Shown here in pieces: positions 45,238-55,642 of a stretch of 64,000 bases of DNA. The stretch's first letter is position 1, and each line of letters starts with the position of its first letter. Location: assembly GCA_963792585.1 (NCBI GenBank), contig CAWBWI010000003.1, forward strand, positions 896,001 to 960,000, in the 5' to 3' direction. The DNA is from Candidatus Eiseniibacteriota bacterium (GTDB lineage Bacteria; Eisenbacteria; RBG-16-71-46; CAIMUX01; VGJL01). Below the pieces are notes generated by a model. That model ran no database searches. It was not told the origin of the DNA and saw nothing but the letters and a program-made list of their open reading frames with translations. A program made the translations under genes and the position numbers.

Positions 45238-48200
45238 TCAAACCTCCCGGAGAATCCCGGGGCGCAGGAAGTAGAGCTGCGCGCTCACGGGCGAGCCGAA
45301 GAGGCTCCGTACGGCGCGACGATAGATCTCCATCTGGCCCTTGTACAATGCAACACGTCGCTCGAGGGTCTCGCCTTCGGAGACCCGGTCCGATTTCCAG
45401 TCGACCACGATCCAGCCGTCGTCGGCCGCGAGGATCAGATCGATCCTTCCCTGGACGAGGACCCAGGGATCGGCCGCCCTGGAATCGTCCTCGCGGGCGA
45501 TGCGGAGCCCGCCGTCTTCTCCCCCCACGATCCAATCCTGCCAGTCCGGGGACGCGAGAATCTCCGCCCGAAGATCCGGCAGCCATCGCGCCACCTCCAG
45601 GAGCGGCAGGCGCAGGCTGAACGCGACCTCCCGGTGCACCGTCGGGTTCGTCGCGAGCGCTCCGCCGATCGGCATCGCGAGCAGGCGGGCGAGCGACTCT
45701 CGCAGCATCCGCGCCACCTCATTGGAGACCCCGCCGACGCGCGCGGCGGCAGCGGCGATCCGTGCCTCCAGATTGTCGGGATGCAGGTCGGTGAGATCGA
45801 TCCTCTCGAGGAGCGCGTGAATCAGCGTTCCCTCGCTCGCGGCGGCCTCCGGCGCAATGAGCGGCGTCGCGGGTTCGTCGGGGGAGTCCTCGCCCGCGCC
45901 TGCCCCTTCGATGACCGCCTCGACGTCGCGGCCGCTCTTGAACTCCGTCGCCCAGATCTTCCCGCGCGCGGATGCGAGCAGACCGGGGGAGGGAAGGGGG
46001 GACTTCGTCGCGGCGAGGTCTACGGCTTCCGTCGCCTCGGGGTCCTCCCCGCCGGGAACCTCGACGGCCACGCCCCGGCGCAGCGCTTCCTCGATCGCGC
46101 GAATCCTGTTCGGCGGCGGCGGGAGTTCCTCGCGCTTCCGCGGCGAGATCCAGCGCACGCGGAGCGGGTGCCCCTCGACCGGTCCATCCGTCGCGGGCAA
46201 GCTCGGGAGCGCATAGATCATCCACGAGACGGGGTGGGGCTTCTTTCCGAGCAGACAGCGGATCGTCGCCCGCTCGACTTCGTCCCGCTGCCCCATCGAG
46301 GCCGCATACGTGCGGAAGAGAGGATCGGGGACCGACGAGCGCGGCTCGAGGATGCCTGCGAGGATCAGGCGGTCCCGCGCGCGTGTGAGGGCGACGTAGA
46401 GGACGCGCTTTTCCTCGGCAAGGTCGTCGTCCTTGGCGGTGTCGATCAACAGACGCAACGGGATCGGTTGGCGCAGAACGTAGGTCGCGCGATCCAGGAG
46501 GCGCACGCCGAGATACTCGCGTCCCGGGACGAGGGCGCTCGCGCGCGCGCCGAGCTGATAGCGTCGTCCCATCTCGGCCATGATGACGACGGGGAACTCG
46601 AGCCCCTTCGCCTTGTGCACCGTGAGGATCCGAACTGCGGGAACCGACTCGGACGAGACGGGCGCCTCGAAGATCTTCGCCTTCCCCGCGCGCAAGAGAT
46701 CGATCCAGCGGATGAACCGGGTGAGGCTCGGGCCGGCGTCCTGCGCGTAGCGGCGCGCGATGCCGTGGAACTTGCGGAGGTTCGCGCGCCGTCTGAGGCC
46801 GCCCGGGAGCGATGCGACGCTGCGCGGCAGGCCCGTCTCCGACAGGATCCTGCCCACGAGGTCGGGCAGCTCGCTCCAGCCTGCCGCTTCCCTCCAGCGG
46901 AGGAAAGCGCCGAGCGCCTCCGCGGCTCGTGCGGGGAGGGTCGAGAAGGGAGGCTCCTCGGGAAGATCGGCCGCATCACCAAGCAGCGTCCCGCGGGCGT
47001 CCTCATCCTCGGGGAAGAGGGCGCGGGCGTGTCGATCGTCGCCGGTCGCGCGGTCCGCGAGGCCCGCGAGGGCGAAGGCGAGGTGCATCGCGCGCGGGTA
47101 GGCCAGGCGCGCGGCGAGCAACTCGGCGTCCGCCCACTGAAATGCGGGGGACCGAAGGGCTGCGGCGAGCGTGATGTCATCGAGCAGATTGTCGACGCCG
47201 CGCAAGAGGTTGGTGATGTCCCGCACCTCCTGCGCCTCGAAGAACGACTCCCCGGTCGCGACGGAACAGGGGATCCCTTCCTCCTCGAGGCGTCGCGCGA
47301 GCGCAGGAGCGCTGGCGTGCGCGCGCATCAGGATCGCGATATCCGAAAAGCCGATGGAGCGCGTCTTTCCGCTGTCCTCGTCGCGCACCGTTCCCGAAGC
47401 GACGAGATCCCGGATCCGCGCGGCGATCGCCCCCCACTCCGCGTCGTGCAGGTCGGGCTTCTCCCCGGCAGCGCCCTCCTCCGTGAGTTCATCACCCTCC
47501 GCATCGCCGGAAGCTGGCGCGGCGGCGTCGCGGACGAGCATGACCTCCACGTCGGGATCGTCCGGCGTCGGCTTTCGTCCCGGGACGAGCGCCTGCCGGT
47601 CGTAGGGGGTGCCGATCTCCTCCTCGAAGAAGAGGCCCCGCGCGATCTCGTTGGCCACGCGAATCACCGGCGGGAGGCTGCGGTAGTTCTTCGGCAGCAG
47701 GACGTTCCATTCCGCGATGGCATCGGGCGCTTCCCCGCGCTCGCGCACGAGCGGTCGGCTGCGGCCGAGTTCGCGAATGATCGTCGGGTCGGCCAGGCGG
47801 AACTGGTAGATCGACTGCTTCACGTCGCCCACACGAAAGATCCGCGTTGGGTCGCAGAGCTGCTCGAGGAGCCGGTGCTGGAGACCGTTGACGTCTTGGA
47901 ATTCGTCGATGAAGACCCTCTCGAACCGGATCGCCTGATCGGTCCCGGCGAGTCGCTCCACGAGGCGGAGCGCCTGGATCTGGAGATCCTCGAAATCGAG
48001 CCTGCCCGTGCGCCCCTTGGCGACCTCGTAGGCGGCGCCGACCTCGCGGGCGAGATCGATCAGGCCGAAGGCATAGCGCGACGCCTCGGATTCCTCACGC
48101 AGAACGCGCCCTTCATCGATCGGCATCTCGACGATCCACGGCGACGTGAAGGCCTCGGAGACGAGCTTGCGCAGCGGCCCCACCCGGCCGCCTTCGCCGG

Positions 48201-49071
48201 CCGGCACGGCCGGCACAGCGATCTTCAGAGGATCGGTCCCCTTGATGAACTTCGCAGCCTCGAGCCGCGCGATCGCGGCCCGCTGGCCGTCCGGCGCGCC
48301 GAGGGAGTCCGGGTCGATCCCCTCCACTGCTTCCAGGAAGGCGGTCCAGCGGGCCGTCGCGGGAATCGCCTCGACGAGTGCCCGAAGGAGCCCGGTCGCC
48401 TCACGCCAGACGCGCGCCATGCGCGCCGCGTAGTCGAGGCGCCAGACGAGGTCTTGCCAGCCCGTGGGCTTGTGGGCGAGGCGCGCGGCATGCTGATCCA
48501 GATAGCGCTCGGGGGCCTCGGAGGCGCGGGCGCGTTCGAGCAGGTCCCGCACGACGCCGCGGAGCTTCTCGCCGTCGGTGTCGAAACCGCACATCTCGAC
48601 GAGCTGCTCGAAGATCTCCTCGCTCTGCTTTTGCAGCCCCCGCTCATAGCGGGCGTGGAACACGCGTGTCGTGGCGTCGGTGAGCAACAGCTGGGCGTCC
48701 TCGGCCGAGAGGACGCGGAAGCGCGGATCGACACCAGCGTGATCGAAGTGTTCACGCAGGAGTCGCTGGCAGAAGGAGTGGATCGTGGAGATCCGCGCCT
48801 GGGGAAGGCGCAGGCGGTGGTGCGCGAGATCGTCGCGCTTACCCAGGGCGCGGTAGATCTTGTTCTTCATCTCCGTGGCGGCCTTGTCGGTGAAGGTCAC
48901 CACGAGGATCTGATCGAGGGAGACGCCCTCCTGGAGGGCGGCGAGAACGCTCTCCACGAGGATCGTCGTCTTGCCAGAACCCGCGCCCGCGGAGACGAGA
49001 AGGTCCCGCTCGCGGTTGCCTGCAAGCTGCTCGACGACGAGCTTCTGGATGTCGGAAAGTGGAAAGCTCAC
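45238..49071 (-). CDS. addA: ATP-dependent helicase/nuclease subunit A
   Basis: AGAGSGKT, IDEFQD, VGDVKQSIYQFR, TVHKAKGLEF, YVALTRA, GRIDL...VDWK. Confidence 0.93.
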   Translation of the reverse strand: MSFPLSDIQKLVVEQLAGNRERDLLVSAGAGSGKTTILVESVLAALQEGVSLDQILVVTFTDKAATEMKNKIYRALGKRDDLAHHRLRLPQARISTIHSFCQRLLREHFDHAGVDPRFRVLSAEDAQLLLTDATTRVFHARYERGLQKQSEEIFEQLVEMCGFDTDGEKLRGVVRDLLERARASEAPERYLDQHAARLAHKPTGWQDLVWRLDYAARMARVWREATGLLRALVEAIPATARWTAFLEAVEGIDPDSLGAPDGQRAAIARLEAAKFIKGTDPLKIAVPAVPAGEGGRVGPLRKLVSEAFTSPWIVEMPIDEGRVLREESEASRYAFGLIDLAREVGAAYEVAKGRTGRLDFEDLQIQALRLVERLAGTDQAIRFERVFIDEFQDVNGLQHRLLEQLCDPTRIFRVGDVKQSIYQFRLADPTIIRELGRSRPLVRERGEAPDAIAEWNVLLPKNYRSLPPVIRVANEIARGLFFEEEIGTPYDRQALVPGRKPTPDDPDVEVMLVRDAAAPASGDAEGDELTEEGAAGEKPDLHDAEWGAIAARIRDLVASGTVRDEDSGKTRSIGFSDIAILMRAHASAPALARRLEEEGIPCSVATGESFFEAQEVRDITNLLRGVDNLLDDITLAAALRSPAFQWADAELLAARLAYPRAMHLAFALAGLADRATGDDRHARALFPEDEDARGTLLGDAADLPEEPPFSTLPARAAEALGAFLRWREAAGWSELPDLVGRILSETGLPRSVASLPGGLRRRANLRKFHGIARRYAQDAGPSLTRFIRWIDLLRAGKAKIFEAPVSSESVPAVRILTVHKAKGLEFPVVIMAEMGRRYQLGARASALVPGREYLGVRLLDRATYVLRQPIPLRLLIDTAKDDDLAEEKRVLYVALTRARDRLILAGILEPRSSVPDPLFRTYAASMGQRDEVERATIRCLLGKKPHPVSWMIYALPSLPATDGPVEGHPLRVRWISPRKREELPPPPNRIRAIEEALRRGVAVEVPGGEDPEATEAVDLAATKSPLPSPGLLASARGKIWATEFKSGRDVEAVIEGAGAGEDSPDEPATPLIAPEAAASEGTLIHALLERIDLTDLHPDNLEARIAAAAARVGGVSNEVARMLRESLARLLAMPIGGALATNPTVHREVAFSLRLPLLEVARWLPDLRAEILASPDWQDWIVGGEDGGLRIAREDDSRAADPWVLVQGRIDLILAADDGWIVVDWKSDRVSEGETLERRVALYKGQMEIYRRAVRSLFGSPVSAQLYFLRPGILREV

Positions 49072-52000
49072 GGCGCTCGCCTTTCCGTTTCGAGCCCCTC
49101 CTTGGGCGTCCTGCGCGTCGGGTTGTACATTTCGTCCACGCGGCAGAGGGCGCGAAATTCACAGCTATCGCACGGCGTTCTCCCCGCCGTCTCCGAGGGG
49201 GCGACGTCGATCCGTCCCGCGAGGATCGCGCGAGCGTAGAGAGCGAGCGTGTCGCGGGCCCCGTCGAGCAGAACGCGGAGTTCCCCGCGCGTCGCGAGCG
49301 GCGGGCGGGAGCCGCGGATCAGTTTCAGCTCGCCGGCGATCCGACCCCAGTCCTCCGTCGGGACGAGACCCGCGAGCCGGATGTCGAGCGGATTGCTCGC
49401 GTCGGCGGATGCCTTGGTTGCCGGCCGCGGTAGGACGGGCGCGTAGAGGGCGCCGAAGGGGCGCATCCCGAAGATCTCCTCGACGACGAGAAGATAGACG
49501 GCGAGCTGCAGATCGGATCCGCGCGCCACGTCCACGGGGCGCCCCTTCTGGGCGACCGAGCCCGACTTGTAGTCGATCACGAGCGCTTCGAGGTGGGGCT
49601 CCTTGCCGAATACGTCGATCCGGTCGATCCGGCCCCGCAAGAGCAGTTCGGCGCCGTCCCCGAGCGAGATTCGCAACGGCGGCGTCTCGGCTGTGCCGAA
49701 GGCCTTCTCGAACGAGTCCGGGCGAAACTCGGAGGCGCCAAGACGCCGGGCCTCGATCTCGACGAAGCGGGCGAGCTGTCCGCGCGCGGCATCCCAGCGC
49801 AGGCGTCCTCCCGGAGTCACGCTGAAGACCCGCAGATTCGGATCGTCCTCGATCGACTCGAAGACCTTCTTGAGGCGCCGGGCGATCTCCTTGCGATCGT
49901 CCGGGGGAGGTCCCTGTTCCAGGAGGACCTCGAGGGCCCTGTGCGTCAGAAGCCCGCCCTCGAGCGGCGTGACTTCCGCCTCGGGGCGGCGCTGGAGTCG
50001 CAGCATGGAACGTGCAAAGTGCTGGTATGGGCAGCGCGCGAAGGACTCGAGGCGGCTAACGCTCGCCTCCAGCCGCCGATCGCGAATTGCCAGTCGCACG
50101 ATCTCCGGCGGCAGGGTTGGGTGGTTGTCGTATCCCCAAAGCCGACTCGTCTCGCGCAGAAACCTCGGCGCCGCTTCGGTCAGGCCGGGTGGGGGTAGGA
50201 CGAGTCGGTTGTACACCGTGAGGATGCGCCGATCGTCCGGGGTGGCGCGCTCCGGGTCCGGCTCGCGGCCGCGTCCCGACGTGCGGCGATCGAGGCGGGA
50301 GGCGATGTAGGCGCCCACGCGGGCCGCCAGTTCCTCCGCGGTTTGCGCTTCGCGCAGGTCGGCCGGATCCTCCTCGATTGGCGGCGGCTGCTCTTCGAGT
50401 CCGGGGAGGGCGGCGCGGATTTCTTCGAGGAAGGGCGAGGGGTCGAGCGAAGACCCTTCGAGGTCGGTTGTGGGACGCGTGAGGACGAGTCGCTCGGAGG
50501 CGCGCGTGATCGCGATGTAGAGGAAGTACCCTTCCGCCTCCTGGCGCAACGGATCGGAAGGCCCCAGGTCGAGGCCGAGCCGCGTGAGTTCCGCGCGCTC
50601 GCGGTCGTTGAAGAAGCGCTCGGAGGCGACCGGACGGGGGAAATCGCGGGCGGAGAGTCCGCCCACGATCGCGCGGCGCACTTCCCCGAGTCGGGAGCGC
50701 TGCACCTCCGCCAGCGTGACGGTGTCCAGGCGTGTGGGCGTGCGACCGAGCTGGAGCGAGCCGAGCCCCGCGGCGAGCATGCGCGCGAACTCCTCGGGTG
50801 GGAGAGGGCCCGCCGCGATCTCCGCGGCGATCTGATCCAGGACATGCTCCACGGCCTCGACCTCGCGCCGGTGATCCGTGTCTTCGGACCGTGTTTCGAT
50901 CCCGGTCGAGGCGATCCAGGCGCGCAAATCACCCACGGCCGCGAGGCCGCTCAGGCCCGTCCTTCGGAGACGCCCCTCGAGACGCCGGAGCGGTTCGAGG
51001 TACTCACGGCGCAGGCGGTTGCTGATCGACGTGCGGATTTCTTCGCGCGCATCGACGTCGAGGCCGGAGGCGCCTTCGGACTCCTCTTCCTCGGCCGCTT
51101 CCGCCTCGGGGAAATCGGTCGTCGACGTTTCCTCGGGTCGGTCTCCGCTGCTGCGGGTGAATCGCGCGCGCGGGGGGCGGCGCAGCGGCCGCCATTCCGC
51201 GCCGGTCCACTGCTCGAAGTCGTAGCCGGTCTCGAGGGAGAGGTTCTCGAGGATGTCGACTTCGCCGCCACGCGCTCCCAGCAGCGGCGAGCGAAGGAGT
51301 GCGATCACGGATTCCCGTTGCCATCCGCTATTGATGACGTCGAGCGCATCCAGAATCGTCCGAACCATCGGCCGTGAGGAGATGTCCCAATGGCGGTCGA
51401 CGAAGACGGGAATGTGAAAGCGCGCGAATGTCTCTTCGACGATAGGCCGATAGGTCTCGAGGTCGCGAACGATGATCACGATCTCGCCGGGACGGATGGA
51501 ATCTTTGTCGAGTCGGATCCACCGATCGATCCGGCGCGCCCAGATTTCGACCTCGTGGGACGGATCGCGGGCAGCGAGCATCTCGACATCGGGGGAAGGG
51601 GGGAGCCCCGGAGATCCGTCGCCGGCCGCCGCCGTCGTCTTGGGGGTCTTCGGCGCACTCGCTGCGGATTCCCTCCCGGGGCGCTTCAACAGGCCCGCCT
51701 CGATCCGCAGCAAGTCGTCCGACCGGAAGCGTGGGGGCGGGCCCTCGAGCGCCTCGATCCGCGTGGAGAGCCCGGCGGCGTGAATGCGCGCGCGCACTTC
51801 CGCCAGCGTCCGTAGGGGCGCCAGGAAGGCCGGTCGATCGACCCGGCCGGCGAATCCGGTGGGCCACTCGTCGATGCGGCAACGGGGCGGCATGGGGGAG
51901 AGACTCGGGAGCAGGTCGGCCAACTTCGGGTCGACGCATATGGCGATCGTCAGAAAGGCGCCGGCCTGGCCGATCGCCGCGAGGATCTCGGTTTCCATGC

Positions 52001-52664
52001 GGGTGAAGCTCAGAAAGCCGTCGACGATGATCGGTCGATCGCGGAAGAGCTCCGGACGCGCGGCGATTCGCGCGGGCGCGTCGAGAAGGAGCAACTCGGG
52101 ATCGCGCAGCCCGCGGGCGGCGAGCGCTTCGTCGTAGGCCCGCCGAAGGCCCGCCAGCGTCGCGAGCTTTGCGCGCAGATCCTTCGAGACGTCGGTTCGG
52201 GTCCCCAGGCTGGCGAACCAATCGCCCGCCTTAGGCCCCGATTCGGCCCGGATCTCCTGCAGGACGCGCACCAGACTCTCGATGAACCCCGGTCGGTCGG
52301 CCACCGCCTCGAAGGGCCGGCGCAGCGAGGGGTCGAGGCGCCCGAAGAGTGCCCGCAGGAGGATCCGTCGCCCCGATCGATCGAGGGTGTGGGAGCGGGC
52401 CGCCGAGACGGGATCCTCGAGGAGGAGGGCCAGCCGTCGGAAGGAGACCACGCGGACGTGCCGGATGGCCTCGGGTCCCGGCGGCTCGAGGAGTTGGCGG
52501 TCCGCGAGATAGGTCGACTGCTCGGGGACGAGGTAGAAGGCGCTCTCCCCGACCGCTTCGGAAACGCGAAGTCGATCGATCGAGATGGCCGTCTTCCCCG
52601 ACCCGGCGGGGCCGAGCAGAAAGACGACCTCGCGGGTGCGTTCGTCCTGCGCGTCCGGGATCAT
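49068..52664 (-). CDS. addB: ATP-dependent helicase/nuclease subunit B with Fe-S staple
   Basis: GPAGSGKT, LVPEQ, VSRLESFARCPY, GRIDRID...IDYK, CDSCEFRALC; overlaps addA by 4 nt. Confidence 0.92.
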   Translation of the reverse strand: MIPDAQDERTREVVFLLGPAGSGKTAISIDRLRVSEAVGESAFYLVPEQSTYLADRQLLEPPGPEAIRHVRVVSFRRLALLLEDPVSAARSHTLDRSGRRILLRALFGRLDPSLRRPFEAVADRPGFIESLVRVLQEIRAESGPKAGDWFASLGTRTDVSKDLRAKLATLAGLRRAYDEALAARGLRDPELLLLDAPARIAARPELFRDRPIIVDGFLSFTRMETEILAAIGQAGAFLTIAICVDPKLADLLPSLSPMPPRCRIDEWPTGFAGRVDRPAFLAPLRTLAEVRARIHAAGLSTRIEALEGPPPRFRSDDLLRIEAGLLKRPGRESAASAPKTPKTTAAAGDGSPGLPPSPDVEMLAARDPSHEVEIWARRIDRWIRLDKDSIRPGEIVIIVRDLETYRPIVEETFARFHIPVFVDRHWDISSRPMVRTILDALDVINSGWQRESVIALLRSPLLGARGGEVDILENLSLETGYDFEQWTGAEWRPLRRPPRARFTRSSGDRPEETSTTDFPEAEAAEEEESEGASGLDVDAREEIRTSISNRLRREYLEPLRRLEGRLRRTGLSGLAAVGDLRAWIASTGIETRSEDTDHRREVEAVEHVLDQIAAEIAAGPLPPEEFARMLAAGLGSLQLGRTPTRLDTVTLAEVQRSRLGEVRRAIVGGLSARDFPRPVASERFFNDRERAELTRLGLDLGPSDPLRQEAEGYFLYIAITRASERLVLTRPTTDLEGSSLDPSPFLEEIRAALPGLEEQPPPIEEDPADLREAQTAEELAARVGAYIASRLDRRTSGRGREPDPERATPDDRRILTVYNRLVLPPPGLTEAAPRFLRETSRLWGYDNHPTLPPEIVRLAIRDRRLEASVSRLESFARCPYQHFARSMLRLQRRPEAEVTPLEGGLLTHRALEVLLEQGPPPDDRKEIARRLKKVFESIEDDPNLRVFSVTPGGRLRWDAARGQLARFVEIEARRLGASEFRPDSFEKAFGTAETPPLRISLGDGAELLLRGRIDRIDVFGKEPHLEALVIDYKSGSVAQKGRPVDVARGSDLQLAVYLLVVEEIFGMRPFGALYAPVLPRPATKASADASNPLDIRLAGLVPTEDWGRIAGELKLIRGSRPPLATRGELRVLLDGARDTLALYARAILAGRIDVAPSETAGRTPCDSCEFRALCRVDEMYNPTRRTPKEGLETERRAP

Positions 52665-52767
52665 CGGGTATTCGCCCTCATGACGCGCGGAGTCTACGCG
52701 GCGCGTGCCCCTGAGGAAAGGCGCCTGCGGGGATCGCGCCGTGGGCCGGCCGGACTCGCCGGCGGCT

Positions 52768-52803
52768 CGCAGATCCACCCGCAGATCCACCCGCAGATCC
52801 ACG
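52768..52803. repeat. Three 12-bp direct repeats in the addB/fpr divergent intergenic region
   Basis: CGCAGATCCACC twice plus CGCAGATCCACG. Confidence 0.85.
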
Positions 52804-52906
52804 ACGGTCGCCCTCGATTCCCTCTGCGCGACGGCCCGGGTCCGCTTGACGCCTCAGCCACGGCACGCCAGGATCAGGCCGTTCGCGCCCGGCCGGGAGG
52901 GAATCG

Positions 52907-53716
52907 ATGGCGGTCCTGGAGTACAACGCGACCTTGATCCAGCGCGTCGAAATCGCGCCGGGCCTCGTGATCCTTCGAATCGTCCCCGATCTCCTGCCGT
53001 TTCACTTCGAGGCGGGGCAGTACACGGTCCTCGGCATGAAGCAGGGCGAACCCCGGATCGCCAACGCCGAGATCGAGGATACGCCCCTCGAGCCAGAGAG
53101 GATGATCCGGCGAGCCTACTCGATCGCCTCCTCGAGCAAAGCGGACGAGTACGTCGAGTTTTATATCACCATGATGGCCAGCGGAGAGCTCACGCCGCGT
53201 CTCCTCAATCTGGCTGTGCGGGACCGGCTCTGGATGGGACCGAAGGCGACGGGGCTCTTCACCCTCGATCGCGTTCCGCCGGACAGACACGTCCTGTTGG
53301 TGGGAACCGGGACGGGGCTCGCGCCCTACATGAGCATGCTCCGCTCCGAGTTGGTATGCGGGGGGCCGCGCCGGTTCATCGTTCTGCACGGGGCGCGCTT
53401 TTCGTGGGACCTCGGGTACCGGACGGAGCTGACGACCCTATCGCGCCTCTGTTCGAACATGACCTATCTTCCCGTGATCTCCCGGCCGCAGGAGGACCCG
53501 ACGTGGAGAGGTCTGGGAGGCTATTTGCAGGACGTCCTCGTTTCGGACGTGATCCCGGAGAGGACGGGACTCGCGGTCACTCCGGGGAATTTCCACGTCT
53601 TTCTCTGCGGGAATCCGGCGATGATCGATGAAGCGACCGCGAGGATGAGCGCCCGCGGCTTCGTCCCCGACAAAGGGCGCGTGAGCGGAAGTCTCCACAC
53701 GGAAGTCTACTGGTAG
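52907..53716 (+). CDS. fpr: Ferredoxin--NADP+ reductase
   Basis: RAYSIASS, GELTPRL, GTGTGLAPY, LCGNPAMI, terminal EVYW. Confidence 0.9.
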   Translation: MAVLEYNATLIQRVEIAPGLVILRIVPDLLPFHFEAGQYTVLGMKQGEPRIANAEIEDTPLEPERMIRRAYSIASSSKADEYVEFYITMMASGELTPRLLNLAVRDRLWMGPKATGLFTLDRVPPDRHVLLVGTGTGLAPYMSMLRSELVCGGPRRFIVLHGARFSWDLGYRTELTTLSRLCSNMTYLPVISRPQEDPTWRGLGGYLQDVLVSDVIPERTGLAVTPGNFHVFLCGNPAMIDEATARMSARGFVPDKGRVSGSLHTEVYW

Positions 53717-53726
53717 GAGGGGCCGC

Positions 53727-54782
53727 ATGCGGATGAGGGTGATTCTGATCTTGTTGACGGGCCTTGTTCTGTCGACGCGGGCGGGCGCCGACGCAGTTGT
53801 CTTCAGGCCGGCGGCGGAACCGCGCGAGAACGCCTTCACCGTGCTGGTTCCCGACGGCTGGCGCAGCGAAGGAGGCATCTTCCGTGTCGATCCGAACGCC
53901 GCGGGCGGGGCGCTCCAATCGATCGCTGCGAAGTGCGATTTCGCGATCAAGAGCGACGATGCCGGGACCGTCATGCTGCGCTGGTTGCCCGACATGCTCT
54001 ACTTCGACTCCCGCGGGACGCCGATCGGACAGACCGGGCTCTTCCCGCCGGGGAGCAACTACAACGGCGCGACCGTCATGCCGCTCGTCTTGCCCGCGCA
54101 ATTCCTGGCCGGGGTCGCCTTTCCGTACGCTCACCCGTGCGCCGGCGAGGTCCAGATCGTCGATCAAAAGTCCCTCCCGAGTCTGGCGGGGAAGTACCGG
54201 CAGTGGGCCTCGATCGCCATGGCCGGGATGACTTTCGGCTACGAGGCGGCCATGGCAACGGTCACGTATACCGAGGGAGGGACCGCGTACAAGGAGCGGA
54301 TGCTCTGCGTCATCGAGAACTGGGGGCAGATGGGCGCCGGACTCTGGGGGAACAAGGAGACGCTCTTCTTCCGCGCCCCCGCGGCCGAGTTCGACCGGTG
54401 GGTTCCGTACTTGCACGTCATCCAGAACTCCGTGCGGATCAGCCCGGAATGGATGGAGGGGGAGATTCGGGGACAGATCCAGCGTGGCGAGATCGCGCGC
54501 CAGACGCAGCAGGAGATCGCGCGCATCGATCGGGAGATCGTGGAGCACCGCAGAAGCACCAACGCCGAAATCAACAACGACATGTTTCTCACCCTCACGG
54601 GGCAAGAGGATTTCGTCAACCCGTTCACCAACGAAGTCGAGAGAGACACCGGCGAGTGGAAGTACCGGTGGACCGACGCGAGTGGCGTGCGGATCTTCTC
54701 GAACGAGGAGCGTTACGACCCGAACCACGATATCGAGCTCAACAAGACGGGATTCAAGCGGACCCCCGTCCGGGAACGGTAG
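53727..54782 (+). CDS. Secreted hypothetical protein
   Basis: AGGAGG RBS; signal peptide; motifs EPRENAF..LVPDGW and VNPFT. Confidence 0.8.
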   Translation: MRMRVILILLTGLVLSTRAGADAVVFRPAAEPRENAFTVLVPDGWRSEGGIFRVDPNAAGGALQSIAAKCDFAIKSDDAGTVMLRWLPDMLYFDSRGTPIGQTGLFPPGSNYNGATVMPLVLPAQFLAGVAFPYAHPCAGEVQIVDQKSLPSLAGKYRQWASIAMAGMTFGYEAAMATVTYTEGGTAYKERMLCVIENWGQMGAGLWGNKETLFFRAPAAEFDRWVPYLHVIQNSVRISPEWMEGEIRGQIQRGEIARQTQQEIARIDREIVEHRRSTNAEINNDMFLTLTGQEDFVNPFTNEVERDTGEWKYRWTDASGVRIFSNEERYDPNHDIELNKTGFKRTPVRER

Positions 54783-54790
54783 AGAAGGCG

Positions 54791-55570
54791 ATGACACAGT
54801 CCTGGATTCTCGCGACCTGGAACGTCAACTCGGTCAAGATGAGGGCCGATGCGGTCACGGCATGGCTCGAGGAACGAAAGCCCGGCATGCTCGCGTTGCA
54901 GGAAATCAAGCTGACCGAGGAGACATTCCCCGCGGCGGCCTTCGCTGGAGCCGGCTACGGCGCCGCGGTCCACGGGCAGAAGACCTACAACGGTGTGGCG
55001 CTCCTCTCTCCCGACGCGGTCGAGGAGGTCTCGAAGGGCCTGCCCGAGATGGAGGAGGATCCGCAGGCGCGGCTGATCAAGGCGCGCCGCGGGGATGTCA
55101 CCGTCATCAATGTGTACGTTCCGAACGGTTCGGAGGTGGGCTCCGACAAGTACGCATACAAGCTGCGGTGGCTCGATGCGCTCGCGCGCCATCTGGAGGC
55201 GCGGCATCGCCCGGACGAGCCGCTCGCTGTCGTCGGCGATTTCAACGTGGCCCCGGAGGCGCGTGACATCTACGACCCCGTGGCGTTCAAGGACCAGGTC
55301 CTCTTCAGCGAGCCCGAGCGGGCCGCCCTCGGGCGCCTGACGGACTGGGGGCTCGTCGACCTGTTTCGTCGCTTCCACGAAGAGGCGGGACTCTATTCCT
55401 GGTGGGACTACCGCGCCGCGGCCTTCCGCAGGAAGATGGGAGCGCGGATCGATCTGATCCTCGCCACCCGGCCCCTCGCGGACCGTGCTCTGCGTTGCGA
55501 GATCGACATCGAGCCCCGCCGTCGCGAGAAACCCTCCGACCATACCCCCGTCTGGGCCGAGTTCTCCTAG
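54791..55570 (+). CDS. xth: Exodeoxyribonuclease III
   Basis: ATWNVNS, LQEIK, YNGVA, YVPNG, GDFNVAP, WWDYR, RIDL, PSDH. Confidence 0.96.
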   Translation: MTQSWILATWNVNSVKMRADAVTAWLEERKPGMLALQEIKLTEETFPAAAFAGAGYGAAVHGQKTYNGVALLSPDAVEEVSKGLPEMEEDPQARLIKARRGDVTVINVYVPNGSEVGSDKYAYKLRWLDALARHLEARHRPDEPLAVVGDFNVAPEARDIYDPVAFKDQVLFSEPERAALGRLTDWGLVDLFRRFHEEAGLYSWWDYRAAAFRRKMGARIDLILATRPLADRALRCEIDIEPRRREKPSDHTPVWAEFS

Positions 55571-55642
55571 CCGGGTTCCCCCAGGTTGCGACCTTCCCGC
55601 CGGCCCGCTACAGTCAGTGCGGGTTCGGTAAAGGAGGTTGTG

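Noticed and set aside
45157..49239. 1360-aa plus-strand ORF
   Set aside because: Antisense shadow of addA in high-GC DNA; no recognisable motifs
45238..52664. Helicase-nuclease pair as a novel defence system
   Set aside because: Motifs and gene order match housekeeping AddAB recombination enzymes
53933..54790. N-terminal extension of the 545-aa ORF containing xth
   Set aside because: Overlaps the upstream gene in another frame; xth starts at ATG 54791
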